Program-made: the position numbers and the translations under genes | Notes under the pieces: generated by a model | Told to the model about the DNA's origin: nothing | What the model saw: the letters and a program-made list of their open reading frames with translations, nothing else | The model's database searches: none | Assembly (NCBI GenBank): GCA_043228905.1 | Contig: JBHGNT010000014.1 | Span: 16,058,001 to 16,122,000, forward strand | Length of the DNA stretch: 64,000 nucleotides | Origin: Azolla caroliniana | Lineage: Eukaryota; Plantae; Polypodiophyta | Direction of reading: 5' to 3' | Shown here: positions 51,401-64,000 of the stretch, one piece after another | How positions within the stretch are numbered: position 1 is the stretch's first letter | Layout: every line of letters begins with the position of its first letter

Positions 51401-54400
51401 TGGTATAAAAGCTCTTTCCATATCGACTAGAGCGACAACCATCTTTTTTGACTCAGAACGGAAGTCATCAAGTGCTGCACTTGCTATTGCCACAACCTAT
51501 ATCAAACATTAATAGCTAAACGAATCTATGTGTTTAATTATACTCATACTAGAGATGATGGACATTGTTTTAATTTTACCTCTCTCTTGAAAGGAGGATA
51601 TCTCCCCAAACCTGAAGTTGATGATGCAGCCGACGCAACAATATCAACTAGGATATGATGAACCTACACACAGGTATACCTAAAAGCATTTAGCAGATTT
51701 ATAATTTCTCAAAACTTTATACGTTATGCAATTTGCAACAGTCCACCTGGCTTCTTTGTGGGAGGGGATTTACCACCCTTAACATAGGACCAGAAGAGAG
51801 TCCATCGAGTACGCAGTTTGGGGGGTATAGAACATCAAGTAACATAGATGAGTGTCGAGACATTGCATGCAATCCAAAAGACAGGAACAGAGAACATTGA
51901 TGATAACGGGAAGAACAGAAACGGGAAGTTCAAATGGAAGGAACCAGTCCAGAAGGATGAATTAAGAAAACTAAGGCATTTTAAATCATCTCAGGTCAGC
52001 AATAAAGTGGATTATGAAGAAAAATGAGAAAATACTAACAAATTAACATGTTTATGATATCCCCCTAAGTCGTCTGCATTATGGTCATCATTTGGGAACA
52101 AAAGAAAAATATTCTTTATGACAAAGAAAAGATTAATACCAAAAACAGCATCCATGAGTAATGAATCCATTGAATACACACTCTGGATTCCTTGCAGGAG
52201 CAAGAATGTACATTTGGCAATATGTAAAAAGCTGTTTGACAATCCCATCCAAACTCCTCCAAGATATATTATGTTGGAACATAATCTAGTACAGTGGAAA
52301 TGTGGAGACAGAGACAATCAAGAAGAGTTCATGGGTTTCCTCCAATCTCAGAAACAGAAAATGTAGAGAATCATTTGTACAGGTTAAAAACATGTGAAAT
52401 TACATATTAAATAACAAATATGCACATTAAAATGAGATACCAGATATAATCTTCCACATGATGAGTTGGACACAATGGAAAACAACTGGAAATGGATATG
52501 CTGTGACATGGAACAAAATGATTTGATTCTGCTAATGTACCAGTATTAAATTTCCATATCGACTGGAGACCATACGATAAAGCATATGAAGATAAGGGAG
52601 ATGCAGCACAGAGCACAGATTGCTTTAATATTTGCATCAAATATAGGATAAATAATGGCACTCACCTCATCAACACATTGGCGTCCAGGATCTTTGGCCA
52701 ATTCCAAAACCTTGCGAACAAGTGCCCTAAGACCTTTCTCCGGAGATATGAGGTAAGGCTGATATCCATCTGCTTCCAAAACCACCTGATTTAAGGATGA
52801 AAAACAGGAGTTAAGTTATACCGAAGGCATGTCAACCTACAAGCCATAGAGTTGAAGTACATCCGGAAATGACAATTCTATAAATTATATTTTTGTGCAA
52901 GTTTGATGTTACCTTCTTGACATTGTTCAGGTCAAATAGGTCATTCAGAGGAAGCTGTTTTATCCTGCTGGGAAGGGCTCCTTCAAAACTTGTGACAACT
53001 TTCCAACTTCCACCCTGTAACAAAGCACCAAGTTTCACATACCAATCCAAATGCAAACATAGATAATGATATAGCATACACGCAAGGCCCAAGCTATGTC
53101 CCTAATCTGAACTAATGGATTATAACAGAATATTGACAAAGCCAGGCACAATTCACAAATCAGAAATATCATGTACGTGTCATTTAAAAAACATCATTTG
53201 CTTAATTATCAATAATTGGTTGTTAGGCATTTCAGAAACATGGAAGTTTACTCTGCTTAGATGAAATGGAAATATACGAGTTATCTTAAGAAGACAAGAA
53301 GAATTCAGAATGTTGATTAGTCATGCTCTTCCTTGTACAATGTAAGACAGTTTCACATCAAAGCTAAGGTATGATAGATGGCCAGCAAATCTACTACCTC
53401 CACCAGCAGGATTCAATGGCTCTAGCCAACAATCTACTAATTCTACAAGCAGGATTCATTGACACATTGCGTATAAAATAGGTTATAGTATCTATCACAC
53501 ATAAAAAGAACCAGTTATGTTATACTGCCTTCCTGACAAAAGACAGCTAAACTCTAAATGAAAAGTTGGTACTTTTCATCATTTCTCATAAAAGGAAGAG
53601 AACAGAATACAAAAGAATATATCATCAACGTATAATATTAGAATACCTCTCCTGTATTTATATGCTGAAGGAATTTGTCCTCAAACTCTCTGCACAACTC
53701 TAATGCTATAGCACGAGTACCTTCCGAAGTTTCCACCAATGATTCTCCTAATCGAACCAACTCCTCTTCCACTTCTTGGGTTCGTCCTTCAAGCCTGAAG
53801 ATAAAGAGAAAATCATATAAACCCAAAAGCAAACATATAAAAGGCTCTATTGCCTTCTATTTTTCTTTCATGCTTCTTACACCATGGGGCTCATTACATG
53901 TAATAGATTGAATCTGCAAGAAAACTTTTCTACTCAGGCATGGTATATACTAATTTATCTCCTTGGTTTTAGACCAAATCTGTCACGGATTTCATCACAA
54001 CTAAAGATGTGATAAATAGAAAAATACAGACATGAGAAATAATATATCCCTCTCAACTCCTGGCCAAACCACATTACAACATATTCCAGTACATACTCCT
54101 AAACTGGAGTCCATGGCCTGTTCCATATTTCACCATGTTATCTCTAAATTGAGACCACCAAATTAATTCTCTATTGCACACCAACAAACAACTTCTGCAT
54201 TATCACAAAATACAAGAACTTCAAGAACACACCCTGAAAGAATGCTTGGCAGGCGCAACTTCAGCCGTTTCTGTATCTGCTTTGCAAGTGTATCCATTAA
54301 TGCATTTCTTCCTAGCTTAGATTGAGGGGCATTGGTAAGTATGGACTTCAAGTTTTCCATCTCTGCTCTCCATGCAGTCTCTAATGAGTTATCAGCACCA

Positions 54401-57400
54401 AGCGAACCAGAATGAGCAGCTGCAATAGACACAGATTGACCGATCAAGGCTACCCATGGAACATCAGACGTGATTGCTGGCCCTTGGCCTACTAGAAGTG
54501 CTTGAACAGCTGCAAGACTCCTGGAGTCAGAAGCTGCTTGATCAACTTTACTGATAACTCCAACTGTCCTTGACCCTATAGAGGAAACAACTCTTTCAGA
54601 ATGACATTTTTTGTCAGCTTTTAGAATGTATTATTATCCTAACTAAAATTAGCTACCATCAGGATCCAAATCGTGTGCCAGCCGAAGACCTCGAGAGCTG
54701 GAAATTTCTGGAGCCTGGGATGCAGGAACAACTACAAGAAGAATTGAATCACTGTTCGCCGTGTACTGGTTCACCTATAGAAGCCAAACATTTAAGCAGC
54801 AGAATATTTTCTGAACATGCAATTTAGAGAGAGCTATGAGTATTCAATCACATATACTTGTAATAATCCGATGGAGAGAGCATAGCATCTTCAATCATAT
54901 ATACTTGTAAAAATCAGCATGAAGATTTTAAATTAAGGTTAAACACTACACACCATGGAGTCATCAGCTGCCCGTTGATCAAGACCAGGAAGATCAATCA
55001 ACTTCAATGGAGGTGCTGTAAAACCCAGTCACAGAAAATATGAAGCATTTCAATATAAATTTTTAATAGATACATTCACAAGTTGCAGGAATTTTTCAGT
55101 TTTCAAGCTACAGCAAGTCACTGATTAAAAGTTAACCATATCAATGTAGTATATTAATGTGAAAAAGAAACATATGTAATTTTATAAAGAAAAAAAATGG
55201 ATGCACATCATACACATAACTTTGATTGGCAAAAATATATTTGAATAAAATTTAATAGAGAATGTAGAAAGTTTTGATTTCGGAATATAGTCTACATTCA
55301 CATATACATCTTAATAAATATGTCACCTGTGCTTGAACGAAGCTTCAGCTGAATTTCTTCAGGCTGTCTTTTTCCGGAAGAGGACATCTGGATAGCTTTA
55401 CTGAGTTTATCTTGTAAAGAATGACGAATCGTGCCTGGAATATTGCATCACAAATAATGGCTTGTCAGAGGGAAATCTTTACAAAACAAACATAGTTTCG
55501 GTACCTCATGGTACACATAAATGTGTAACCAGAAACACAAATACTAGGTTCATTCATGCATATGTATGTACAATGAGGTACACAAACAAATTCATATGGC
55601 ATACACACATGTTCGTTATATATACAAGGATAAATAGATATTACCTATATATGCACATATATTTGGCCTCTACATACTAGCGGCACAAGAAAATCAAATC
55701 ATCAACCCTCTGACTATAGAGTCAAAGAAGATAAGTGGGACACATGCAATGAGAATTCTGAGAATAGTCTACATTTCCAGCAAATGAGACCAAAAACGAA
55801 TGTCATGTTTGTGTGCAAATACAAACATGTACAATGTCCATGCAAAGCTATACAGACACATTTGTACACTATTCATTTGAGTGCCGATCTAGATTCTACA
55901 CAAATGTTTCTAATAAACTTGTATGTTGGAGAAGGCATCCTAGGGTTTCATATTAACCTCTGCCTCAACTTTTAATGATTTCAATAATGTTCACACACCA
56001 AATTACATCCTCAAGAAAATTTCAACGATTGTAATGTATCAGTTTTTGCATCATCATTTATTTATGTTTGGCATTCTCAGGTTTCTCATTAACATCTTAT
56101 GTTTCAGGGTTGCCACTAATGTTTCTTATAGTGAGTTTCTTAAATACATTCACACTTTCATTGATGAACGGACATGACAAACTGCATCCTGAATGGATTA
56201 TTATTATTGTCATGTATCAACTTTTAGTATCATATGCCTACAAGGCATTTCTGGATGTTATGTTTTTCCTTCTTGATAGTGTTTGAATCATCGATTATTG
56301 TTACCATCCTAGGGTTTTTCTTCACCCTCTGGTTCAAACTGTAACAATTGTTGCTTTCATTAATATTGGCACGCATTTGCGGTGCATCAGCATTTGGTTC
56401 CATATGCTTTCGAGGCAGTCTGTGAACATTGACCGTAAAAACGTTTTTGTTTCATCCGTTCAAATTTTCTTTCTTTCATGCATAGGTAGGAGTGTCACTA
56501 ATATCACTATTATGAATTTGCAGCTATGATGCTTACTTGCGGAGACTTGTTGAGTCTTGTTTTCAATCTGTACAAGTAGCCCTTTACTAGTTAATGAGTC
56601 ATCACGCTCCATATCAATAACAATAGGGGCTCTTGTTGCACCATTTTCTCCTGTTGGCTGCAAAAAGAAAAATAGTAATGCAGCTTTAACGATTAAAAAT
56701 AACAAGCAAAATCCAAATGTGAGATATAGATGTCACAATCATTTAGGTATTTACTATTCATCAATACAGAAAAATGACAATCAAAAGCATAAAGTGAATG
56801 TGACAATAATGACATCCCAAACATCTAAATGTTTACAATCCATCAAACCATAATATTGGACATACCAGGACAGGATGCCCTATCAAACTATTGAGCACTG
56901 CTGACTTCCCAGCACCCTACAAAAAGAATACCACCCGGAAATTAGAATGAAGGCAAACAATTCAAATTTTCTAGGAAAGAAATTACACTCAACTGATAAA
57001 TGGAAAATATATGACACATAGATAATGTATGTTGTAAAATGTACACAATAAGCCACTAAAAGATGGTGACAAATTCATGTTACATGCAATCATCAGCTCA
57101 CACAAAGAGATAACAAGTTATTACAGTATTGACACTGTACAATTGGCAAAAGATATTAACTTCTCGTTGCGGTGTTATACGATGATGACACGGGCATGCT
57201 ACATGACTTTTCCTCTTCAAAAGTGATTTAGACTGACCGAGTATGAGAATTACAACTTTCATATCGCGAATGAATCAAGCTGAATTTTCCTACTTGTCTG
57301 ATTCCAAAAGAAATCAGACAATAGATCAAGCAGTTGCATCGGGAACATACCATGTTGCCTAGGGCCACAACACCAAGAAATCCAGATGCTTGCTTGGTCG

Positions 57401-57476
57401 AATCCTCGGGATCTTCATCTGAAAGAAGTGCTGAAGCTTGTCTCATTGAGTCAGCCAATTGTATCAGGCTTTCCAT
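48447..57476 (-). CDS. DRP2: Dynamin-related protein 2 (DRP2A/B-like: GTPase, middle, PH, GED, proline-rich tail), about 22 coding exons
   Basis: [21 protein letters not shown]|[17 protein letters not shown]|[38 protein letters not shown]-domain [12 protein letters not shown]-terminus [15 protein letters not shown]; GT-AG exons throughout. Confidence 0.95.
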
Positions 57477-57999
57477 CTCGACAAGACAAAGTGTAAAAGC
57501 AAACACAGCTCTATGAAGAGCGAGCTGCTCTGCTTAAAGTTAAACCAACAAAAGAGCGAGGAAAAGATAAATCCACAGATTTTTATGTATACAACAGTTG
57601 TTGCTACGATTTTACACACTCTTTTCCTGTAGATTGTTTTTACCTGCAGAGGAAAATATATCGAAAAGGAGCTGATCGCATTAAGCATACGTAACAGAAA
57701 ACAATGGATGAAGAAATGGAAGGAGTAGGGATCTTTTACCAGAAAATGTCAAATTTGCTGCCTTGTCGCGATCATAAACTAGAGTGAGAGAGAGAGAAGA
57801 TCGAGCGTTGCCTGTGAAGAGGAGAATGCGGAGAGGGGGTAGGGGAAGGAGGAGGAGGAGAAACGTTAGATCTGCGATCCGAAGTGGAGGATCTGAGAGA
57901 TCGAAAAGGAAGAAGGAGACGGCGATGGCGATGGAGATGGAGATGGAGATGGAGATGGAGACGGAGACGAAGGAGAGGATGCAGTGGGGCGATGACTGA

Positions 58000-58051
<52 letters not shown>

Positions 58052-60639
58052 ACTGTCTGTGTCCCTCGGTGCTCAAACAAATAAAAAGGAAGAAGAAGAC
58101 GAAGAAAGGATGAATGGATTCCTCAGTGTGTTAAAAAAGAAGAAGAGAAAAAACAAAGTTTTAACAAAAAAAACAATTCCTCTTCTTCTTCTTTTCCTCG
58201 GCTTTTTGAAAAACAAAAACACAAAGTAGGGAAAAAACAAACAAAGAGATGAAAAAAGAAGAAGCTTTGGCATCTTCTTCGGACAGGAGTAATTCCGGTG
58301 GCACGTCCGCGAGCTGAGCCGAGCTGAAACCCTGAAGAAATTTCATTGCGTATCAAGAAGCGCCACCCGAGACTTTGGACTCGACTGAAAAGGCCAGACA
58401 AAGAGACTGACAAACTGACAAAGACCTGACACATTGACCAAGACTAACGAACTGACAGACAAATAGACTCACAAATTTTGTGTGTGGGAGAGAGAGAGAG
58501 AGCGGTCGATCTGCTGACGAAAGATTGAGATTGCCAGCCTTCCCTTGTCTACTATAAGGTGGTTCTTTCTAGCATAAAGTCATGCGTGTCAAAAGGAACA
58601 ATTCGAGCTTGTTGTTGCCTCAGGGCCCCAGGAAGAGGTTGGCAAAAAAGATTGTCGATGTAGTCACTTGTCTTGTATACAACGTAGTTTCTCTAGTATG
58701 TGGTCATGCAAGGAACGATTCCAAAGTTTTGCCCAACGAGAAAGGTGAGATCAATTGATCTACCTATTCACGTAGATGAACATTCTCTAGGTTCAAAAGT
58801 ATTGTGTCTCGAGTGACTTTACTTAGGCTCAAGTCCAACATGGTGTCTGTGTGTGTCTGTGTGTAGCAACCTAGGTTCTTCTTTTGTAAACCTTCCCAAT
58901 CATATCCTCCCAAATACATTTGTTCAAGTATGCATCTTAGTGGTGGATACTCGAGAAAAATGAGAGAGACACTTAACCTTTAATTGCAAATATTCCCAAA
59001 AAACAATATGTTTTCTCTTCAATGTATGTATATGTGTTCATGACTTAAATTTGAAAATTTCAATCCTTTGACAATAGTGAATTTGTACATTCAATTGAAG
59101 ATGAAAGAGTGGGGCTCTATCAAGGGGAGGAGGCAAATAGTCCATAAGCCTAAAGTGTGGACGCATAGGAAGACATGTTGCTCCCATATAACAAAGTTTG
59201 TTGTCATATAATGAGTCAATGAAGTTGGTTTCGGGACTTAGGAACATTGATAGTTTGTTTGCCACAACATTGGGGAACAAACATAAATGTTTGATGAAGG
59301 GAAATGGGTGAGTGTTAAAAATCAAGGGAGTGAAATGAAGTACATCAACGATGCACTTCTAGCTTGATATTGTCTATGTCAAGGTTGGGGAGGATGTCTA
59401 TTATCAATGGTGAAAGTCCACAACAACATGGGATGAGTAGTGTGGCAAGTGGAAAGAAACCACAATTCATTCATGTCAACAAATGTACAACATTAGATGC
59501 GGAAGAGGGTAATAGCATATTATATGCAAATTTACAACATCAATATTATGGATGTTGCATATGTATGAAGTTATGCACGAGTTTTGTGACAAAGGTCCCC
59601 ATGATGGGCAAGTCATGCTAGAAGTATTTCTCGCATGAGACTCAAAGCAATGTTCTTCTAGAATTGGTTCATGATTACCTTTGCAAAATACAACAAGTGG
59701 AATGTATTGCTTCTGCCTTATCACTAGTGATCATAATATGATGATGTGGATATATGTTTTTGAAGAGAAAGTTGTGTCATGGTTTTGGGAAGATTATTGG
59801 ACAAGATTATATATAGATATGTATCATAAATGAGATGGTGTCCAAGAAGGGTTCACGTTATTGGGAACTAAAAGATGGGAATTGAGTATGGAGAAGTGAT
59901 CAGATATAAAGTTGAAAGGTGTAATGAGTTTGCGGAATAAATAGTGTCGAATGGAATTCATGGGCATTGAAGGCTCTATATAATACACAAGAAAACAAAG
60001 TGGACAATGTTTAAAAATTGTCCATTGTCAACATGGTTTAATGATACTCAAAGAAGTAAGGTTATGTGATTTCTATTCATACATTAAGCCATCGTTGCAT
60101 ATTAATCATATCTTTATTTGTATCTACAATTGCGTGTGTTCATTAATCCTTTTTCCGTTCTTTAATATTGCTTAATCTCTCCTTCAACTTCGTTATCATT
60201 CTCTTTTTTATGCTCATCCTCTTGGCATCAAGACTAAAGATATGACTTATTGGATTAAGAAAATAAATTCCTATCACTCTAGTCTATTACCTTTCTTTTC
60301 TACATAGTCAATTAGAGAGCCAACATGTGATTGTTCTTGCTATATTCCATCCATCCTTTGTAATTTTGCACAACAATCTTTCTTATCTAATAATGGATGT
60401 CAAAAAGGCCATCCATCATGCCTAAGTATTTAAAGCCTCCAAAGTAGAGCCTTCTAGGGAAGTGGACAACCCAAAAAAAGAGTTATCTTGGAGGTATCTC
60501 AAACTGAGTTTGATCACTAGAAAGTGCATTTTCATGGGAAAACTTTGACTTCCAATCTAGGGACATGCCAAAATCCAAGCATCACATGTATGATCCAATG
60601 ACTTCAAATGAACAAGCTATAAAGGGGCAAAGAAAGAAC

Positions 60640-60910
60640 AAATTCATGGCAATGTGTGAATGCAAGGGAGTACAAGAGAGAAGGATTGATTAGAACCCAC
60701 CAAAATGACAAGGAGGGGCATGGGGGTCATGAGAACATTCATATACACGTGTTTTTGGACAAGTCTCAAAATTATGTTCAATGTCTCAAATGAAGAGAGA
60801 GTGGCGGAAGTAGGGCAAGGACTATCCACACGCCATTCAAGGGTCACAATGTTGAAGAGAAGGTATGTGGGTTTGATAATTGAAAGTGGTCTCCTCACCA
60901 TCACATAATC
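60640..60910 (+). mobile_element. Possible gypsy integrase zinc-binding remnant
   Basis: Frameshifted H...GHGG-RT...FW..L pattern. Confidence 0.35.
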
Positions 60911-62133
60911 ATGGAAAGCCTCCAATGAACGTGGCGAGACCCCCCGTAAAAGTAAAAATAAATAAATCTATAAATCAAGTTTCAAAAGTTTCGTAGGAAT
61001 GTTTCGTTGGACAATGCGTAAGCATGCAGACTTAGTATATAAATAGATCTCAGTTGATTGGGGCACCCTTCCCGATTGGTCCCGATGGAACGCGAGCTTG
61101 GATTGAAAATATATTTGGATTCAACGAAAGACATGCTTCTTCTGCCACCCTATCTCCCAAATCTACTCGATGTTCAAATCCAATTCAGAAGTCTAGGATT
61201 GATATTCAGCCCCAACTTAGTACAAATTCATGCATTTGGGGAATTAGTGGGGATGTGTTCATATTAGGGACCCTATACAGGAAAGTTGTGGGTCCCATTA
61301 GCTATACATGTTAGAATTATAAATCAATGATGTGGCATGTTCAAAGGGAGAAATTTGCGAAAATGTAAAGTTGAAACGACATGGTTTTTGGAAACCATAG
61401 CTCAAATAGTAAGAGCTAACGATTGGAGCACAAGGTTTAAGGGTTCAAAACCCCTTGAATGGAATGGATGGGAGAGTTTATCTTCAATGCATAGGGATGA
61501 CAATGAAACATGCCACATATATGAACCTGTTGATGTACATTTTGCCAAAATGAAGGACCTATGCAAGGATAAGGACAATAAATGGATCGGTGCCTATTAA
61601 AAGAGACAATACCATTTTTAGTTTTCTAGAGCGATATCCAAAATGCTATATGATGAAGAAGAGAGTAAATATTGTCAAGTTCACAAGTTTTGGGAATTCA
61701 ATGCCCAAGCTTTGTCTGCCAACCAAATCATGAGGTAGCAAATCACACGGGTGTGCTGTGTGTGGGAGGCCTACTACGATAGCATGGGCAATGTGGACAT
61801 CGATCACACACTTGACACACTAAAACTCAAGGTGCCAATATTTTTTAGTCTTAGTTCATGTTCTCTTAAATTTCCCACCCTAAATAAAAGGGTTTTCCAA
61901 ATAATGTAATCCGGATAAAATCACATAACCAAAACTATTATAAGGGAGAAAACTAAAATTGCAATTCTCTTGAATGTCTTTAAATTTATATATTCAAATT
62001 GATTTAATGGTCTCTCTTATTATCTTACATGACATTGTTTTAGGGAATACGCGCCAAAGGAGAAAGCAAATGACTAATTTCCTTATTTTGCCGATGAGTT
62101 GATCATGTAGGTATGGCACATAAGACGTCTTGG

Positions 62134-62409
62134 CATGACTCTCCATGACAGAAAAATTGTTTTCCTTGAAACCTACAAAGACATACTCTAGTTCTTGGCT
62201 AAGGGGCTAATTGATGTATGCAATAGTTTTTATTGCAAAAGTGCTCGGTAAGGCTCTCCTTGAGAAGAACATGACTCTCCATGACAGAAAAATTGTTTTC
62301 CTTGAAACCTACAAAGACATACTCTAGTTATTGGCTAAGGGGCTAATTGATGTCTACAACAGTTTTTATTGCAAAAGTGCTCGGTAAGGCTCTCCTTGAG
62401 AAGAACATG
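62134..62409. repeat. Recent tandem duplication, 136 bp x2
   Basis: CATGACTCTCCATGACAGAAAAATTG starts at 62134 and 62270; copies nearly identical. Confidence 0.93.
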
Positions 62410-62976
62410 TTGTGGAACTATATGTTCCCACTAGCATCATTCCTTTGGCCAATGCTTAATCTTGGGAACGTGATTGACCATTGGGGTTTAATTTTTTCCA
62501 TCATGTGGGATTTGTCCATATATGAATCTCTTTCTCTCTCTCACACACACACACAGGCTCAATTGTGTACACAAAACAATAATCCCACGCACGTGTTCAT
62601 GTGTTCGCTCCAGTGCACTGTGCATGTAACATTTTTACACATCCAAGCCGTGCGCATATTTGTGGAATCCAAGCACTCCACACATAGAGGGGGCACAACA
62701 CGTTAAACGTGCTACATCAAAACGTCACCCGCACACATGCACTCATGCATACGCACACACAGTGCTCATGCTCTCTCTCTCTCACACACACACACACGCA
62801 CGCACACGCGTATGGGCGCACACACAAAGTGCACACGCTTACGAGGGGACGTGTTGAGAAAGGGAATCGTTTGTCGGAAGCACGGCCACATACCACCACG
62901 ATCCTTAGTGGCAAATGCCACCGAATAATATCCATCTTCCCGAGGGGGTCCGGCTCGCTTTTCTCACACCCTAGCC

Positions 62977-63029
<53 letters not shown>

Positions 63030-63752
63030 CGAGAGCGAGCGTGGGGTTTCCCGAGCGGCTAGCTTCTTTCACACTCTACTTACCTAGGATTTTCTTCTAG
63101 AGGCACACTTGCGGGGGCTGGCCGGCCGTGCAGCCTTTACGAAGTGTCCGGCCGGGGCCGCAGCCCGGACGCCCGCCTGCCCGCCCAATGGTGGCAACCT
63201 GAGCCGCTGCCATGGAAGTGCTCTCTCTCTCTCTCTCTCTGCTACGTTTCCTTCCTCGCCCCTCTGCTAACTAAGATCACGTTCCTCATACCCATATGGT
63301 TCTTCTTCTGTTCACCATCCTCCAAATCTAATTAGCTCAAGAAAGATCCCGTCTCGGTAATTCATGTAAATCCATTAAGCGATGCAGTTTTTCTTTTTCT
63401 TGTTTTTTTTCCGCTTGTTTTTGCTTGCAATGTTTGATAGGTCTTCTTTGATTTGCTCAAATTTCTTTCCCCCCCCCCCACCCCCCCCGTCGGTCCGATC
63501 ACATTAGATGTGCTGGTTCTTTTCTTAATTCTTTACGGAAGTATTCTGTGATGAAATTCTACTAAAACCATGGCGTTTCCTTTCCCAGATCCATCGTCAA
63601 GGAATATTATCTTCAGTAAAGATAATATGGCCCGGCAGAAAACTAGCGAGAAAATCAGTTTTGGTGCGTTTAGATCCTTATTTGGCATCATCTAAAAGAA
63701 TCAATGCGGCGAATCAGTTTGCAGAGTTCAAATCGTGATATATACACTAATT

Positions 63753-63913
63753 ATGGACTCAGAAAAGCTGTCGTTTTCATGCTCAGATGATGATCTTGGG
63801 GATGATTTCATGTCTTCATGGAAGCCTGGGGAACCGTTGTCTGCATATTTGAACTTTGACGATGATGAAGCAGCTCAAAAGAATAGTAAGAAATCGTTTT
63901 CCCTGGCCAAAAT
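63753..63913 (+). CDS. Probable first coding exon of an uncharacterised protein resembling the At4g18490 family; gene continues off the right edge
   Basis: MDSEKLSFSCSDDDLGDDFMSSWK...LNFD...KKSFSLAKM resembles the DIGxDFLSSWK...KKxFxF motif as I recall it; strong donor AT|GTAAGT; GC-rich promoter-like island about 62850-63360. Confidence 0.65.
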
Positions 63914-64000
63914 GTAAGTATGCCCGATCAATCCGTTCGGTTCGTTTTCTTCTCCCTCTCCCTCTCTCTCTCTATATATACATATATTCTGGAAACTTGA

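Noticed and set aside
57681-58434. Several overlapping ORFs upstream of DRP2
   Set aside because: Low-complexity 5' UTR and promoter repeats (GA, GGAGAT, GAA) with no domain signal
61050-61820. Possible L1-like C-terminal remnant
   Set aside because: Looks like decayed coding sequence, but I could not find a diagnostic motif

Overview
Eukaryotic, intron-rich land-plant genomic DNA. A non-seed vascular plant such as a fern is my inference, from the style of the PLS-PPR gene and the transposon complement. Seven protein-coding genes are recognisable: the first exon of an SPX-domain gene with two P1BS boxes upstream (-), an intronless PLS-class PPR ending in a truncated E domain (-), an hnRNP R/Q-like triple-RRM gene (-), a zf-4CXXC_R1 (CDCA7-like) gene fused through protein repeats to an uncharacterised plant domain (+), pTAC6/PAP8 with an ~11 kb last intron (+), a DRP2-type dynamin (-), and the first coding exon of an At4g18490-like gene (+). 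The most notable accessory element is a near-intact Penelope-like retroelement (about 27450-29776, -). Its ORF stops right after the RT thumb with no GIY-YIG endonuclease, and its 3' terminal region carries a TATA box followed by a decayed minimal type I hammerhead ribozyme (27673-27724). Second, seven non-L1 LINE 3' ends of several subfamilies share a terminal hairpin with compensatory base changes. Four of them form a head-to-tail chain in microsatellite tracts of the pTAC6 intron. Also present are a solo LTR with a 5-bp TSD and tRNA-like A/B boxes, a 25S rDNA fragment, and hAT, gypsy and copia remnants. All family assignments come from motif recognition by eye; no searches were run.
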